A stretch of DNA of 64,000 nt, taken from Methylocystis sp. Its GTDB lineage: Bacteria > Pseudomonadota > Alphaproteobacteria > Rhizobiales > Beijerinckiaceae. How positions within the stretch are numbered: position 1 is the stretch's first letter; the number at the start of each line of letters is the position of its first letter. The DNA lies in contig NZ_JBFWNB010000001.1 in the NCBI RefSeq assembly GCF_050251305.1, positions 65,044 to 129,043 on the forward strand, in the 5' to 3' direction. A model generated the notes under the pieces. It saw nothing but the letters and a program-made list of their open reading frames with translations. It searched no databases and was not told where the DNA came from. The position numbers and the translations under genes were made by a program. Positions 40,035-49,153 of the stretch are shown in pieces.

Positions 40035-40144
40035 CGGGCGCTCCAGCGCCGCAGGGTCGCGGCGCGGGGACCATAGCGGCTTCGCCCGCGCGCCTCCAGC
40101 GCCGGCGATGCAAGCGCCGCGATGAGAAGCCGCTCAGACCGGGA

Positions 40145-41245
40145 TCAGGGCTGGACAGGCTGGCGCTTTTTCGCCGCGCGACGCTCGCCGTTCGAATCCT
40201 GGCCCGCAGCGCGCAACGCTTCGATCCCGACGCCGCCGAGCGCCGCCGCGCCGCGGGCGTAGGCGATGTTGTCGAGAAACTGTCGCGCGCAATTTTCCCA
40301 GGTGAAGGTCAGCGCATGGGCGCGTGCCGCCTCGCGGCGAATGTCGAGCGCGGTCAGCGCGGCCGCCCGAAGATCTTCGTTCATCGCGCCGGCGCCGCTC
40401 GCGCCGATCACGTCGAGCGGGCCCATCACGGGATAGGCCGCGACCGGCAGGCCGCAGGCCATGGCCTCCAACAGCACCATGCCGAATGTATCGGTGCGGC
40501 TCGGAAAGACGAACACGTCCGAAGAGGCGTAGAGCGCCGCGAGTTCGACGCTGGTCTTGACGCCGAGGAACTTCGCTTGCGGAAATTTGGCTTCGAGCCC
40601 GGCGCGCGCCGGACCGTCGCCGGCCAGGATCTTCGTCCCCGGCAGATCGAGCGACAGGAAGGCCTCGATGTTTTTTTCGACGGCGAGCCGGCCGGCGTAA
40701 AGGAAGATCGGCCGCTCGTACGGCAGCGGCGTCGACGCATCGGGCGTAAACAGCGCGTGATCGACGCCGCGCGACCAGCGCAGCAGCCGGCGGAATCCGC
40801 GCTCGGACAATTCGCGCGAGAGGCTCGGCGTCGACACCATCACGCCGGCGCCGGCGTTGTGGAAGCGGCGCAGCGCCGCATAGGCCACGCCGACCGGCAG
40901 TCCGAAACGCGCCTGGATATATTCGGGGAAACGCGTGTGAAAGCTCGTGGTGAAGCAGCGCCCGGCCCGCAGCATCACGGCCCGGGTCACGAGGCCGATC
41001 GGCCCCTCCGTCGCGATATGGACGTGATCATAGCCGTCTTCGAGCCGCCGGCGAACGGCGCGCGGCGAGGCGAGCGCCAGCGCGATTTCCGGATAGGTGG
41101 GCATCGGCAGCGAATTGAAGTCGCGCGGCGTCAGAAAGTCGATCTCGGCGCCAAGCGCACGCGCCGACTGCGCCATAGTCTCGAGCGATCTGACGACGCC
41201 ATTGACCTGCGGACGCCAGGCGTCCGTCGCAAGCAATATCCGCAT
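40145..41245 (-). CDS. agt: GT4 glycosyltransferase, Agt-like (glucuronosyl/monoglucosyl diacylglycerol synthase)
   Basis: ATDAWRPQVNGVV, HIATEGPIG, TTSFHTRFPEY, FPSRTDTFGMVLLEAMACG; start overlaps the plcP stop by 1 bp. Confidence 0.8.
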   Translation of the reverse strand: MRILLATDAWRPQVNGVVRSLETMAQSARALGAEIDFLTPRDFNSLPMPTYPEIALALASPRAVRRRLEDGYDHVHIATEGPIGLVTRAVMLRAGRCFTTSFHTRFPEYIQARFGLPVGVAYAALRRFHNAGAGVMVSTPSLSRELSERGFRRLLRWSRGVDHALFTPDASTPLPYERPIFLYAGRLAVEKNIEAFLSLDLPGTKILAGDGPARAGLEAKFPQAKFLGVKTSVELAALYASSDVFVFPSRTDTFGMVLLEAMACGLPVAAYPVMGPLDVIGASGAGAMNEDLRAAALTALDIRREAARAHALTFTWENCARQFLDNIAYARGAAALGGVGIEALRAAGQDSNGERRAAKKRQPVQP

Positions 41246-42078
41246 TAAGCCGCCGCCGCTCTCTCATCCGGCAAAGCGCGCGAGCGTTCAAAGGCCTCCG
41301 AGGCCCCGCGTTCGGCCGCCGTGTTGTGCCAGCGCAAAATCTCAAAGGCGCCGTCGTCATGTTCGGCGATCGCGGTGCAGCTTTCGACAAAATCGCCGGT
41401 ATTGACGTAGAGCTTGCCGGCGATCGTCTTAATCGTCGCGTGATGAATATGTCCGCAGATGACGCCGTCGACGTCGCGCCGGGCGGCTTCGGACGCGAGG
41501 GCGTTCTCGAAATCGCCGATGAAATTGACGGCGTTCTTGACCTTCAGCTTCGCCCAGGCCGACAGCGACCAATAGCCGACTCCGAACATCCGCCGCGCGC
41601 GGTTGAACCACGTATTGACGACGATGGCGAAATCGTACGCCCAGTCGCCGAAGAAGGCGAGCCAGCGCGCATTGCGCACGACGATGTCGAACTGATCGCC
41701 GTGGATGACGAGCATGGTCTTGCCGTCGGCCGTGACATGCAGCGCGTCCTCGACGACTTCGACGCCGCCGAAGTTGAGATCGGTGTAGTCGCGCGCGAAT
41801 TCATCGTGGTTCCCCGGAACATAGATGACGCGCGCGCCTTTCCGGGATTTGCGCAGCAGCTTTTGGACGACGTCATTATGCGCCTGCGGCCAGTACCAGC
41901 CGTTTTTCAGTCGCCAGCCGTCGACGATGTCGCCGACGAGATAGATCGTGTCGGCTTCATTGTGTCTGAGGAAATCGAGCAGGAGCTCCGCTTGAGCTCC
42001 GCGCGATCCGAGATGCAGATCGGACAGAAACAGCGTCCGATACCGCTTAACCTCATGTTCGCTCGTCGTATCCGGCAT
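41245..42078 (-). CDS. plcP: PlcP-type metallophosphoesterase (LpxH-like) for lipid remodelling
   Basis: SDLHLG, VGDIVDGW, PGNHDE, IHGDQFD, CGHIH, NTGDFVES; start reassigned to 42078. Confidence 0.85.
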   Translation of the reverse strand: MPDTTSEHEVKRYRTLFLSDLHLGSRGAQAELLLDFLRHNEADTIYLVGDIVDGWRLKNGWYWPQAHNDVVQKLLRKSRKGARVIYVPGNHDEFARDYTDLNFGGVEVVEDALHVTADGKTMLVIHGDQFDIVVRNARWLAFFGDWAYDFAIVVNTWFNRARRMFGVGYWSLSAWAKLKVKNAVNFIGDFENALASEAARRDVDGVICGHIHHATIKTIAGKLYVNTGDFVESCTAIAEHDDGAFEILRWHNTAAERGASEAFERSRALPDERAAAA

Positions 42079-42189
42079 GCGCCCATCATTGGCGCACGCC
42101 GCTTGGGAGACCTTCGCTCTGGCGTTTCTGTCGAGCATGAGCCTGTTCGCCTCTCGCCTGCGCCGCTTGCCGTGATTGACCAGATTCGG

Positions 42190-42207
42190 ATCACAGCCAG
42201 ATGACAT
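42190..42207 (-). promoter_or_regulatory. Pho box upstream of plcP-agt
   Basis: Minus strand ATGTCAT-CTGG-CTGTGAT, 12/14 matches to CTGTCAT-N4-CTGTCAT, about 110 bp upstream of plcP. Confidence 0.75.
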
Positions 42208-42331
42208 GGCCTCTCGCGCTCGACGCTGACGCGCCGGCGCGACGGCATTTGCCGTTCGATATTTCGAACGCAATCGGCTAACTTGCCGGATCGATTCTGA
42301 ACGGACGGGCGCGGTCGCAGCGCTGGGGCAT

Positions 42332-42949
42332 ATGGGCGTCGAAGGCCAGGACAGGCAAAAAATGCTGGAGGCGGGCGCGCTAGCGCTATCAGGTCAACTC
42401 GGCGCCACGGTGCAGCGGCTTCGGAAGGCCTATAATCTGTCGCTTTCCGAGCTTTCGCAGCAGTCCGGAGTCGCCAAGTCGATCATCAGCCAGATCGAGC
42501 GCAACGAAACCAATCCGACGCTCGCCACCATCTGGCGCCTGGCGCAGGCGCTCGACGTTTCAATCGAACGCGTCCTGCAAACGACGGAGGACGAGCCCTT
42601 CCTGGAGAAGACCAGCAAGGCCGACACTCCCATCCTCGTCTCCGACGACGGCAAATGCCGTCTGGCGATCATCGGCTGGATCAAGACCGTCGAATGGCTG
42701 CAATGCTACGAATTCGCCGCTGATCCCGGCGGCGTGCTTCTGTCCGACGCGCATCAGCGCGGTTCGGTCGAGAGCCTGTCTGTGCGCGAAGGCGAACTCG
42801 AGGTCGAGGTCGCCGGCGCAAAGTCGAGCGTGAAGGCGGGCGAAACGCTGCGCTATCGCTGCGATCGTCCGCACGTCATCCGCAATCTGGGGAAAATCCC
42901 GGCGCAGGCGACGATGGTCTGCATCCTGAAGGCGGCGGTGATGGAATGA
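42332..42949 (+). CDS. XRE-family HTH + cupin transcriptional regulator
   Basis: LSLSELSQQSGVAKSIISQIERNETNPTLATIWRLAQAL, then a cupin domain (AHQRGSVE...RYRCDRPH). Confidence 0.92.
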   Translation: MGVEGQDRQKMLEAGALALSGQLGATVQRLRKAYNLSLSELSQQSGVAKSIISQIERNETNPTLATIWRLAQALDVSIERVLQTTEDEPFLEKTSKADTPILVSDDGKCRLAIIGWIKTVEWLQCYEFAADPGGVLLSDAHQRGSVESLSVREGELEVEVAGAKSSVKAGETLRYRCDRPHVIRNLGKIPAQATMVCILKAAVME

Positions 42950-42997
42950 CCGCCGCCGCTGCGTCAGCAGCGCCGCCTGGGACCGAGGACGCGCCCG

Positions 42998-43477
42998 TCA
43001 GGACTCCAGTTCGCCGACGTGCTTTTGGGCGTAGAGCTGGACGCCGAGCTGCTTGATCAACTCGAGCTGAGTCTCGAGAAAATCGATGTGCTTCTCCTCG
43101 CTCTTGATCACGCCTTCGAAGAGCTGCTCCGAAACGCGATCATTGATCGAGAGGCAATAGGCGGCGGCCTCGACATAGAGCGCGCGCGCGTCGACTTCGG
43201 TCGCAAGATCCGCCTTGATGATCTCCTCGACCGACTGGCCGATGCGCATCGGATCGAGCACCTGCATGTTGGGGAAGCCTTCCAGGAAAAGGATGCGCTC
43301 GGCGAAATGATCCGCGTGATGCATCTCCTCGATGGATTCTTCACGCCATTTCTTGGCGAGTTCGAGGAAGCCCCAATTGTTGAAAATGCGGTAATGCAGC
43401 CAGTACTGATTGACGGCCGTCAATTCTGCGCGCAACCCGCGATTAAGATACTCGATGACCTTCGCGTCACCGCGCAT
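42998..43477 (-). CDS. bfr: Bacterioferritin
   Basis: ELTAVNQYWLH, EESIEEMHHAD (heme Met), SEEKHIDFLETQL. Confidence 0.97.
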   Translation of the reverse strand: MRGDAKVIEYLNRGLRAELTAVNQYWLHYRIFNNWGFLELAKKWREESIEEMHHADHFAERILFLEGFPNMQVLDPMRIGQSVEEIIKADLATEVDARALYVEAAAYCLSINDRVSEQLFEGVIKSEEKHIDFLETQLELIKQLGVQLYAQKHVGELES

Positions 43478-43503
43478 GTCCGCATCCTTTCCATGAAATA
43501 GAC

Positions 43504-43740
43504 TCAGGCCGCCAGTTCGTCGGCGCGACAGCCATCACAATCGCCGGTCCCCGCACACTCGTCCAATCCTCTCGCGGCGTGCTGGTCGACGATGGCGACG
43601 ATACTGCGCACGCAGCGCCCACATTTCGCCTCGCAACCCATGTGCCGAAACACCGCTGAGACCGACGGCCGATCTCCGCGTGACCCGAGCGTGTCGCGCA
43701 CATCGCGGTCCGAAAGGACGTTGCACGAACAGACGATCAT
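43504..43740 (-). CDS. bfd: Bacterioferritin-associated [2Fe-2S] ferredoxin
   Basis: MIVCSCN...CEAKCGRC; upstream of bfr. Confidence 0.92.
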   Translation of the reverse strand: MIVCSCNVLSDRDVRDTLGSRGDRPSVSAVFRHMGCEAKCGRCVRSIVAIVDQHAARGLDECAGTGDCDGCRADELAA

Positions 43741-43750
43741 TGCTTAGCCT

Positions 43751-43819
43751 AGTTTGGAAAGATTGCAAACTACTTTCTGGAAAGATTGCAAACTTCCTAG
43801 TTTGGAAAGATTGCAAACT
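43751..43819. repeat. Three tandem 21 bp Irr boxes (ICE)
   Basis: AGTTTGGAAAGATTGCAAACT at 43751 and 43799 (identical), TTTCTGGAAAGATTGCAAACT at 43774; matches TTTRGAA-N3-TTCYAAA; begins 11 bp upstream of the bfd ATG. Confidence 0.85.
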
Positions 43820-43869
43820 GCCTTTCCTATCAGTAGGTTACAATACTTGCTTGGGTTTGCCAACTCGTG

Positions 43870-43926
43870 TGTCGCCTTTTCGACAGACGCCATGTCGATG
43901 ACTTTCGACTGGCAAGGACCGTGCCG
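43870..43926. promoter_or_regulatory. NifA-UAS-like palindrome plus a bidirectional sigma54-like element
   Basis: TGTCG-CCTTTT-CGACA at 43870-43885; minus-strand CGGCAC-GGTCC-TTGCC at 43911-43926; the plus strand reads TGGCAA-GGACC-GTGC. Confidence 0.45.
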
Positions 43927-44143
43927 TCATCAAATTCATTTTGGACCGCCCGACCGCCCGGGCAAGGGGCGAAGGCGCGCGCCGCGAGCCGGCGGCGCCG
44001 CGGCGCTCGATTTCGACGACGCCGACGCCGCTTTGACGGCTGCGGATCGGTTGAAGCATCCTCCGCGCGGGGCGAAACCGCTCCCAAGATCGCGGCGGCG
44101 CGCTGAACCGAGGTTGAAACTTCCGTTCATCAGAGGGTTATGA

Positions 44144-45640
44144 ATGTCGAAACTTCTTGGCGCGCTCGACCAGGGCACGACGAGCACCCGCTTCGTCATC
44201 GTCGACCCGGGGGGCGAGATCCTCGCCCAGGCGCAGCGCGAGCATCGCCAGATTTACCCCCGCCCCGGCTGGGTCGAGCACGACGCCGCGGAAATCTGGC
44301 GCAATGCGCAGGCGGTGATCGAAGCGGCGCTGGCCAAGGCGGGCCTGTCCGCCCGCGATCTGGCGGCGGTCGGCGTCACCAATCAAAGAGAGACGACGGT
44401 CCTCTGGGATGCGGCGACCGGGGCGCCGCTGCACAATGCGATCGTCTGGATGGACACGCGCACGCAAGCCGCCGTCGACCGGCTCGCGGCGTCGGGCGTC
44501 GGCGATCTGGCGCGGTCGAAAACCGGCCTGCCGCTCGCGACCTATTTTTCGGCGCTCAAGCTCGGCTGGCTCTTCGACGAAATCCCCGGCGCGCGCGAAA
44601 GAGCCGCGCAAGGCGAAGCGCTGTTCGGCACAATCGACTCCTGGATGGTCTGGAATCTGACCGGCGGCCCGAACGGGGGGCGTCACATCATCGACGCCAC
44701 CAACGCCTCGCGCACGCAGCTGATGAATCTTCAAACGCTCGGCTGGGACGACGAACTCCTGCGGATCTTCGACGTCCCGGCGGCCTGCCTGCCGAAAATA
44801 TGCGCGTCGAGCGAAATCTACGGCGAATGCGTCGGCGCGCTCGCCGGCGTTCCGCTCGCCGGCGCGCTCGGCGATCAGCACGCCGCCCTGCTCGGGCAGG
44901 CCTGCGTCAAAGCGGGCGACGCCAAGAACACATATGGCACCGGCTGCTTCCTGCTGATGAATGTCGGCGAGACGCCGCGCGTCTCGACGAACGGCCTGAT
45001 TTCAACGCTCGCCTTCAAGATCGGCGACGCGAAGCCGCATTACGCGCTCGAAGGCTCGATCGCGATCGCCGGCGCTTTGGTGCAATGGCTGCGCGACAAT
45101 CTCGGCGTCATCAAAGAGAGCCGCGAAATCGAGGCGCTGGCGAGAAGCGTGCCCGACAATGGCGACGTCTATTTCGTGCCGGCCTTCTCCGGCCTCTTTG
45201 CGCCGCGATGGCGCGGCGACGCGCGCGGACTGATCGCCGGGCTGACGCGATTTTCCAACAAGGGCCATATCGCCCGCGCGGCGCTCGAAGCGGCGGCGTT
45301 CCAGACCCGCGAGGTCCTGGCGGCGATGGCGGCGGACGCCGGCGTCGGAATCGCCGCGCTCAAGGTCGACGGCGGCATGGCGGCGAGCGACCTGTTGATG
45401 CAGTTTCAGGCCGATATCATCGAGGCGCCGGTCATCCGGCCGCGCGAACTGGAATTGACCGCCGTCGGCGCCGCCTATGCCGCGGGCCTCGCCGTGGGCG
45501 TCTACAGAAGCTTGGACGATATCGCCGCGCATAAGCGCGAATTTGACCGCTTTACGCCGGCTATGGCGCCGCAAGAGCGCGCGCGCCTGATCGCCTCCTG
45601 GGAAAAGGCTGTCGAGCGTTCGCTTGGCTGGGCGATCTGA
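44144..45640 (+). CDS. glpK: Glycerol kinase
   Basis: [53 protein letters not shown]. Confidence 0.97.
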   Translation: MSKLLGALDQGTTSTRFVIVDPGGEILAQAQREHRQIYPRPGWVEHDAAEIWRNAQAVIEAALAKAGLSARDLAAVGVTNQRETTVLWDAATGAPLHNAIVWMDTRTQAAVDRLAASGVGDLARSKTGLPLATYFSALKLGWLFDEIPGARERAAQGEALFGTIDSWMVWNLTGGPNGGRHIIDATNASRTQLMNLQTLGWDDELLRIFDVPAACLPKICASSEIYGECVGALAGVPLAGALGDQHAALLGQACVKAGDAKNTYGTGCFLLMNVGETPRVSTNGLISTLAFKIGDAKPHYALEGSIAIAGALVQWLRDNLGVIKESREIEALARSVPDNGDVYFVPAFSGLFAPRWRGDARGLIAGLTRFSNKGHIARAALEAAAFQTREVLAAMAADAGVGIAALKVDGGMAASDLLMQFQADIIEAPVIRPRELELTAVGAAYAAGLAVGVYRSLDDIAAHKREFDRFTPAMAPQERARLIASWEKAVERSLGWAI

Positions 45641-45648
45641 TCGACGCG

Positions 45649-45915
45649 CTATTCGAAATCGACGCTTAAACCGTGCTTGTCGAGCTGTTTTTCGACGGCG
45701 TCGAGGATCTTCTGCAGTTCGTCGACCTCGATCGGCGTTTCGTCGTCGGGCGCGTCCCAATGGTCGAGATCGTCGAGACGCACCATGAAGTCGGCGTCTT
45801 CATCCGATTCCGCGTCCGGCGGCGCGGCCGGGATGGTCAGCGTTTTCCCGGCGCGGCGCACGCGGATCGCGCCTTCCGTCACCTCGACCTGATAGCCGCT
45901 TGCGCGTCGCGCCAT
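45649..45915 (-). CDS. Small acidic protein resembling the Imm74 immunity family
   Basis: VEVTEGAIRV...FMVRLDDLDHWDAPDDETPIEVDELQKILDAVEKQLDKHGLSVDFE; family call by pattern recognition only. Confidence 0.5.
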   Translation of the reverse strand: MARRASGYQVEVTEGAIRVRRAGKTLTIPAAPPDAESDEDADFMVRLDDLDHWDAPDDETPIEVDELQKILDAVEKQLDKHGLSVDFE

Positions 45916-45937
45916 GGCTCCCTCCAGCCTTGCGTTC

Positions 45938-46999
45938 TCACCTCTCGACAAGTCCGGCGTGAGCGGCGGCCTTACGCATGAGCGTCGGCAGCCCCTCTTT
46001 ATCGAGATCGGCGCGCGCCGCCCAGCGGCAATCTGAAGGCGTCGTTGTGGCGCGGGTGTGTGCGGTGAACACGGTCGCCTCGAGCGCGAAATGGGTGAAG
46101 ACATGCGTCACCGGCGCGTCGAGCGCGCGCCAGCGCGCGGCGCAGGGCGCAAATTGCGAAAAGTCCGCGGCGGCGACGTCCCGGGTGAAGGGCGTCGCGG
46201 GAAAGGCGTTCATGCCGCCGAACAATCCTTTGGGCGGTAGCCGGCGCAGCAGCGTCTCGTCGCCGCGCCGCAGAATGAAAATCGCGCCCCGGCGCCGCGG
46301 CTTCGGAACTTTGACCTCGCGCGCCGGATATTCCTGCTGCGCGCCGAGACGCCGCGCCGCGCAGAACGGCGAGAGCGGACAGGCGGCGCAATCCGGCGCT
46401 CGCGGCGCACAGACGAGCGCGCCGAGCTCCATCAGCGCCTGCACCGAATCTCCAGGCCGCGCGCGGCTCATGAGCGCCGCCGCTGCGTCCCGGATCAGCG
46501 GCGCGACCCTGCGCGGCGGCTCCTTGATCGCATGCAGGCGCGCCATGACGCGCTCGACATTGCCGTCGACGGCGACGGCGGGATGGTCGAAGGCGATGGC
46601 GGCGACCGCCGCCGCGGTATAGGGGCCGACGCCGGGGAGCCGCCGCAGCGCCGCTTCATCTTGCGGAAATCCGCCGGGCGAGTCCGCGACCGCGCGCGCG
46701 CAGGCGTGCAGATTGCGCGCGCGGGCGTAATAGCCGAGCCCGGCCCATTGCGCGAGAACGTCGTCGAGCGGCGCGCGCGCCAGCGCCTCGACCGTCGGCC
46801 AGCGCGACAGGAAGGCGCGGTAGCGCTCTTTCACCGCGGCGACCGTCGTCTGCTGCAGCATGATTTCGGAAAGCCAAACGCGATAGGGGTCCGGCGTCTC
46901 GCCGCGCTGCGCGCGCCAGGGCAGGTCGCGCCGCTCGGCGTCATACCAGGCCAGAAGCGCTTCGCCCGGTTTGGTCGATTTGACGCGAGCCTTTATCAT
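45938..46999 (-). CDS. mutY: A/G-specific adenine glycosylase
   Basis: RDLPWR, SEIMLQQT, GLGYYARARN, LPGVGPYTA, VDGNVER, C-x6-C-x2-C-x5-C; start reassigned to 46999. Confidence 0.97.
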   Translation of the reverse strand: MIKARVKSTKPGEALLAWYDAERRDLPWRAQRGETPDPYRVWLSEIMLQQTTVAAVKERYRAFLSRWPTVEALARAPLDDVLAQWAGLGYYARARNLHACARAVADSPGGFPQDEAALRRLPGVGPYTAAAVAAIAFDHPAVAVDGNVERVMARLHAIKEPPRRVAPLIRDAAAALMSRARPGDSVQALMELGALVCAPRAPDCAACPLSPFCAARRLGAQQEYPAREVKVPKPRRRGAIFILRRGDETLLRRLPPKGLFGGMNAFPATPFTRDVAAADFSQFAPCAARWRALDAPVTHVFTHFALEATVFTAHTRATTTPSDCRWAARADLDKEGLPTLMRKAAAHAGLVER

Positions 47000-47062
47000 G
47001 CATGCGATTGATAGAGGGCGAAGCCTCGCCCCGGCAAGAAGGGCGGCCGCGCCGCGACTCCG

Positions 47063-47623
47063 ATGAGCCTTCCCTCGCGCGCCAAAGTCTTCACGCGCCC
47101 GCTCGCGGATTACGTCCTGCGCGAACTCGACCCGCTCGTCGCCACGCGCGGCTTCAGCGAAGCCTCGCTGCTCCTGTGCTGGCGCGAGATCGTCGGCGCG
47201 CGAATCGCGCGCATCTGCGCGCCGGCCGCTCTGCAATGGCCGCCGCGGGCGCGGGGCAAATCGAATGACCCGGCAGCGGCGAAACGCCGTGACAAGACGC
47301 CGCGCGAGCCGGCCACTCTTCTGTTGCGGGTCGACCCGGGATTCGGACTCGAAGCGCAGCATCTGACGCCGATCATTATCGACCGGGTGAACGCGCATCT
47401 GGGCTGGCGATGCGTTGCGCGGATCGTTTTGCGGCAGGAGCAACTGCTTCCCGCGTCTGCGGCACGGTCGAGCCCGAGCCGGCCGCCAAAGGCCGATGCG
47501 GCGACGCGCGCCCGGGCGATCGAGGCGACCGAAGGCGTCGCCGAAGAAAGCCTGCGCGCCGCGCTCATCAGGCTCGGCGAACGCGCGCTCGCGCGTTCGC
47601 TTCAGGAGCCCGGCGACGCTTGA
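47063..47623 (+). CDS. DUF721/DciA-like protein
   Basis: GFSEASLLLCWREIVG...LQWP...TLLLRVD...IIDRVNAHLGW; divergent from mutY, a typical alphaproteobacterial arrangement. Confidence 0.8.
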   Translation: MSLPSRAKVFTRPLADYVLRELDPLVATRGFSEASLLLCWREIVGARIARICAPAALQWPPRARGKSNDPAAAKRRDKTPREPATLLLRVDPGFGLEAQHLTPIIIDRVNAHLGWRCVARIVLRQEQLLPASAARSSPSRPPKADAATRARAIEATEGVAEESLRAALIRLGERALARSLQEPGDA

Positions 47624-47787
47624 CGTCGGTCTTGCAAAGGCCTGCAATCGCGCATAGGTTCGCGCCGCGAGAGCGCACTGCGAAAGAGCGGATTCCGGTT
47701 TTTCGTATGAGAGCGCTCTTTAAACTTTTGAGATCGATCACGTGATCCGCCTTTGACGATTTTCGTCCAAAGTCGGCGTGATCTAGT

Positions 47788-47864
47788 GCCGCCATAGCTC
47801 AGTTGGTTAGAGCACCAGATTGTGGATCTGGGGGTCCCCCGTTCGAGCCGGGGTGGCGGTACCA
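47788..47864 (+). tRNA. trnH: tRNA-His(GTG), alphaproteobacterial type lacking G-1
   Basis: GCCGCCATAGCTCAGTTGGTTAGAGCACCAGATTGTGGATCTGGGGGTCCCCCGTTCGAGCCGGGGTGGCGGTACCA; U72/A73, preceded by T. Confidence 0.99.
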
Positions 47865-47933
47865 TGTTTTCGCGATTCTCGCGCCCGAATTCTTAATTCG
47901 CTTCCGATCGGCCGCAGCAGCGAGACCGCGACG

Positions 47934-48140
47934 ATGAGTTGGCGAAGAAAGCTCGCAGGCAAGCCGCCCGAGCGGGACCCGCGGCCGATCTATGTCGCGG
48001 CGTTCGGCCTGTTGATGGCTGCGGCGAGCTACGCGATTCCCGACGAAGGCGCGGCGGGAGCCCTCTTCGGCTCCGGCCTGATTACGGCGGCCTTTTGCCT
48101 CGTCTATTGGCTCGCCAATCCGACCGGCGGCGTGGAGTGA
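47934..48140 (+). CDS. Small membrane protein with two TM helices (68 aa)
   Basis: MSWRRKLAGKPPERDPRPIYVAAFGLLMAAASY...FGSGLITAAFCLVYWL. Confidence 0.55.
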   Translation: MSWRRKLAGKPPERDPRPIYVAAFGLLMAAASYAIPDEGAAGALFGSGLITAAFCLVYWLANPTGGVE

Positions 48141-48193
48141 GCCGGTCCCTCGCAGGCTTCTGAAGAGACTTCAGCCGATCCGTTCGCCTGGAC

Positions 48194-48300
48194 TGTCGTC
48201 CCCGGCAGGCCGGAGGCCTGCCCGGGAGTCCGGCGCAGCGTTCATGACGTTGGTCGTGACCCGCGGAGTCCCTATCGCGCTTCGCGCGTCGGGACTGACA
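48194..48300. repeat. Inverted REP dimer (CGTC-type palindromic element)
   Basis: TGTCGTCCCCGGCAGGCCGGAGGCCTGCCCGGGAGTCC ... GGAGTCCCTATCGCGCTTCGCGCGTCGGGACTGACA: two hairpins with terminal inverted repeats TGTC(A)GTCCC, between convergent genes. Confidence 0.65.
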
Positions 48301-48317
48301 TCCGCGCCCTTGCGAGC

Positions 48318-48896
48318 CTAGAGCAGACTGCCTTCGGAGATCGCGCGAAGCGCAAAGCCGAGCGCGATGATCCCCCATCCTTTGAACAGAAGATCGATGC
48401 CGAGGAAGGTTCCGATCGCCCACATCCCGGTGAACGGCCAGCCGGTCAGCAACAGCGCGCCAAGCAGCAACGCCACGCCGCCCTGCAGGAAATACATCCA
48501 GAGACCGTCGATGTGCGAGCTGAACGCGAAGCCGATGATCATCACGCCTTCCACGAGGAAATAAAATCCGATCAGAAGCGTGATCGCCTCGGCGCCGATG
48601 ACCGGGCGCGTCAATAGAATAACGCCGACGATGGCCAGAAGAACCGCCCACAACACGTGAACGAAGAAGTCCGTCCACAGCCCGGCCGCCGAAAAGGCGA
48701 AGATGAGAACGGACACGGCGCTGACAAGGAGCAGCGCCCCGAAGAAACCAACCGTGACGATGGTCGCGATCCTGGCTCGAACGATCGCGAGGATGCCAAG
48801 CGCGCCGATCAATATCCCGAGGGCGATGACCCAGCCCCAGTGAACGGCGAGGACGTCGGGCGGGAGCGAAACGAAGGAGTCAAACTGTCGCTGCAT
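48318..48896 (-). CDS. HdeD-family membrane protein
   Basis: About six TM helices, HWGWVIALG, LLTGWP..GMWAIGTFLGIDLLFKGW. Confidence 0.88.
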   Translation of the reverse strand: MQRQFDSFVSLPPDVLAVHWGWVIALGILIGALGILAIVRARIATIVTVGFFGALLLVSAVSVLIFAFSAAGLWTDFFVHVLWAVLLAIVGVILLTRPVIGAEAITLLIGFYFLVEGVMIIGFAFSSHIDGLWMYFLQGGVALLLGALLLTGWPFTGMWAIGTFLGIDLLFKGWGIIALGFALRAISEGSLL

Positions 48897-49054
48897 CTAA
48901 TGCATCCATGGCAGAGTGGCGGAAAGCCCGATCTTTGCCGATCGGACGCAAATAGCAAGGCGATAATTGCGGAGAAACGTTGTGATGGCTAACGGCGTTG
49001 CGCCGGGCGGCGGCGCGCGGCGCCGTTCGCAGATCCTAAATCCGCTCGGGCGCG

Positions 49055-49132
49055 AGACCACATGGTCTTGGAGACGGCGCAGCGCTCTGCCCGGTTCGCG
49101 TCGCGAACCGCCCGCCTCATGAAGGAGGGCGG
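49055..49132. repeat. Degenerate palindromic intergenic element
   Basis: Nested hairpins AGACCA/TGGTCT, CGGTTCGCG-T-CGCGAACCG and CCGCCC/GGGCGG; resembles rhizobial CCTCATCCTGAGGAG...CGTCTCGAAGG repeats. Confidence 0.45.
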
Positions 49133-49153
49133 CTAAGCCCCGCAGTAAGGGAT

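Noticed and set aside
43751-43819. Possible mini-CRISPR array
   Set aside because: Spacers are only 2-4 bp, there are no cas genes, and the unit matches the Irr box.
36857-47864. Intact prophage or integrative element at tRNA-Phe or tRNA-His
   Set aside because: No integrase and no duplicated tRNA 3' end found by eye (not an exhaustive search); mostly core genes lie between the two tRNAs.
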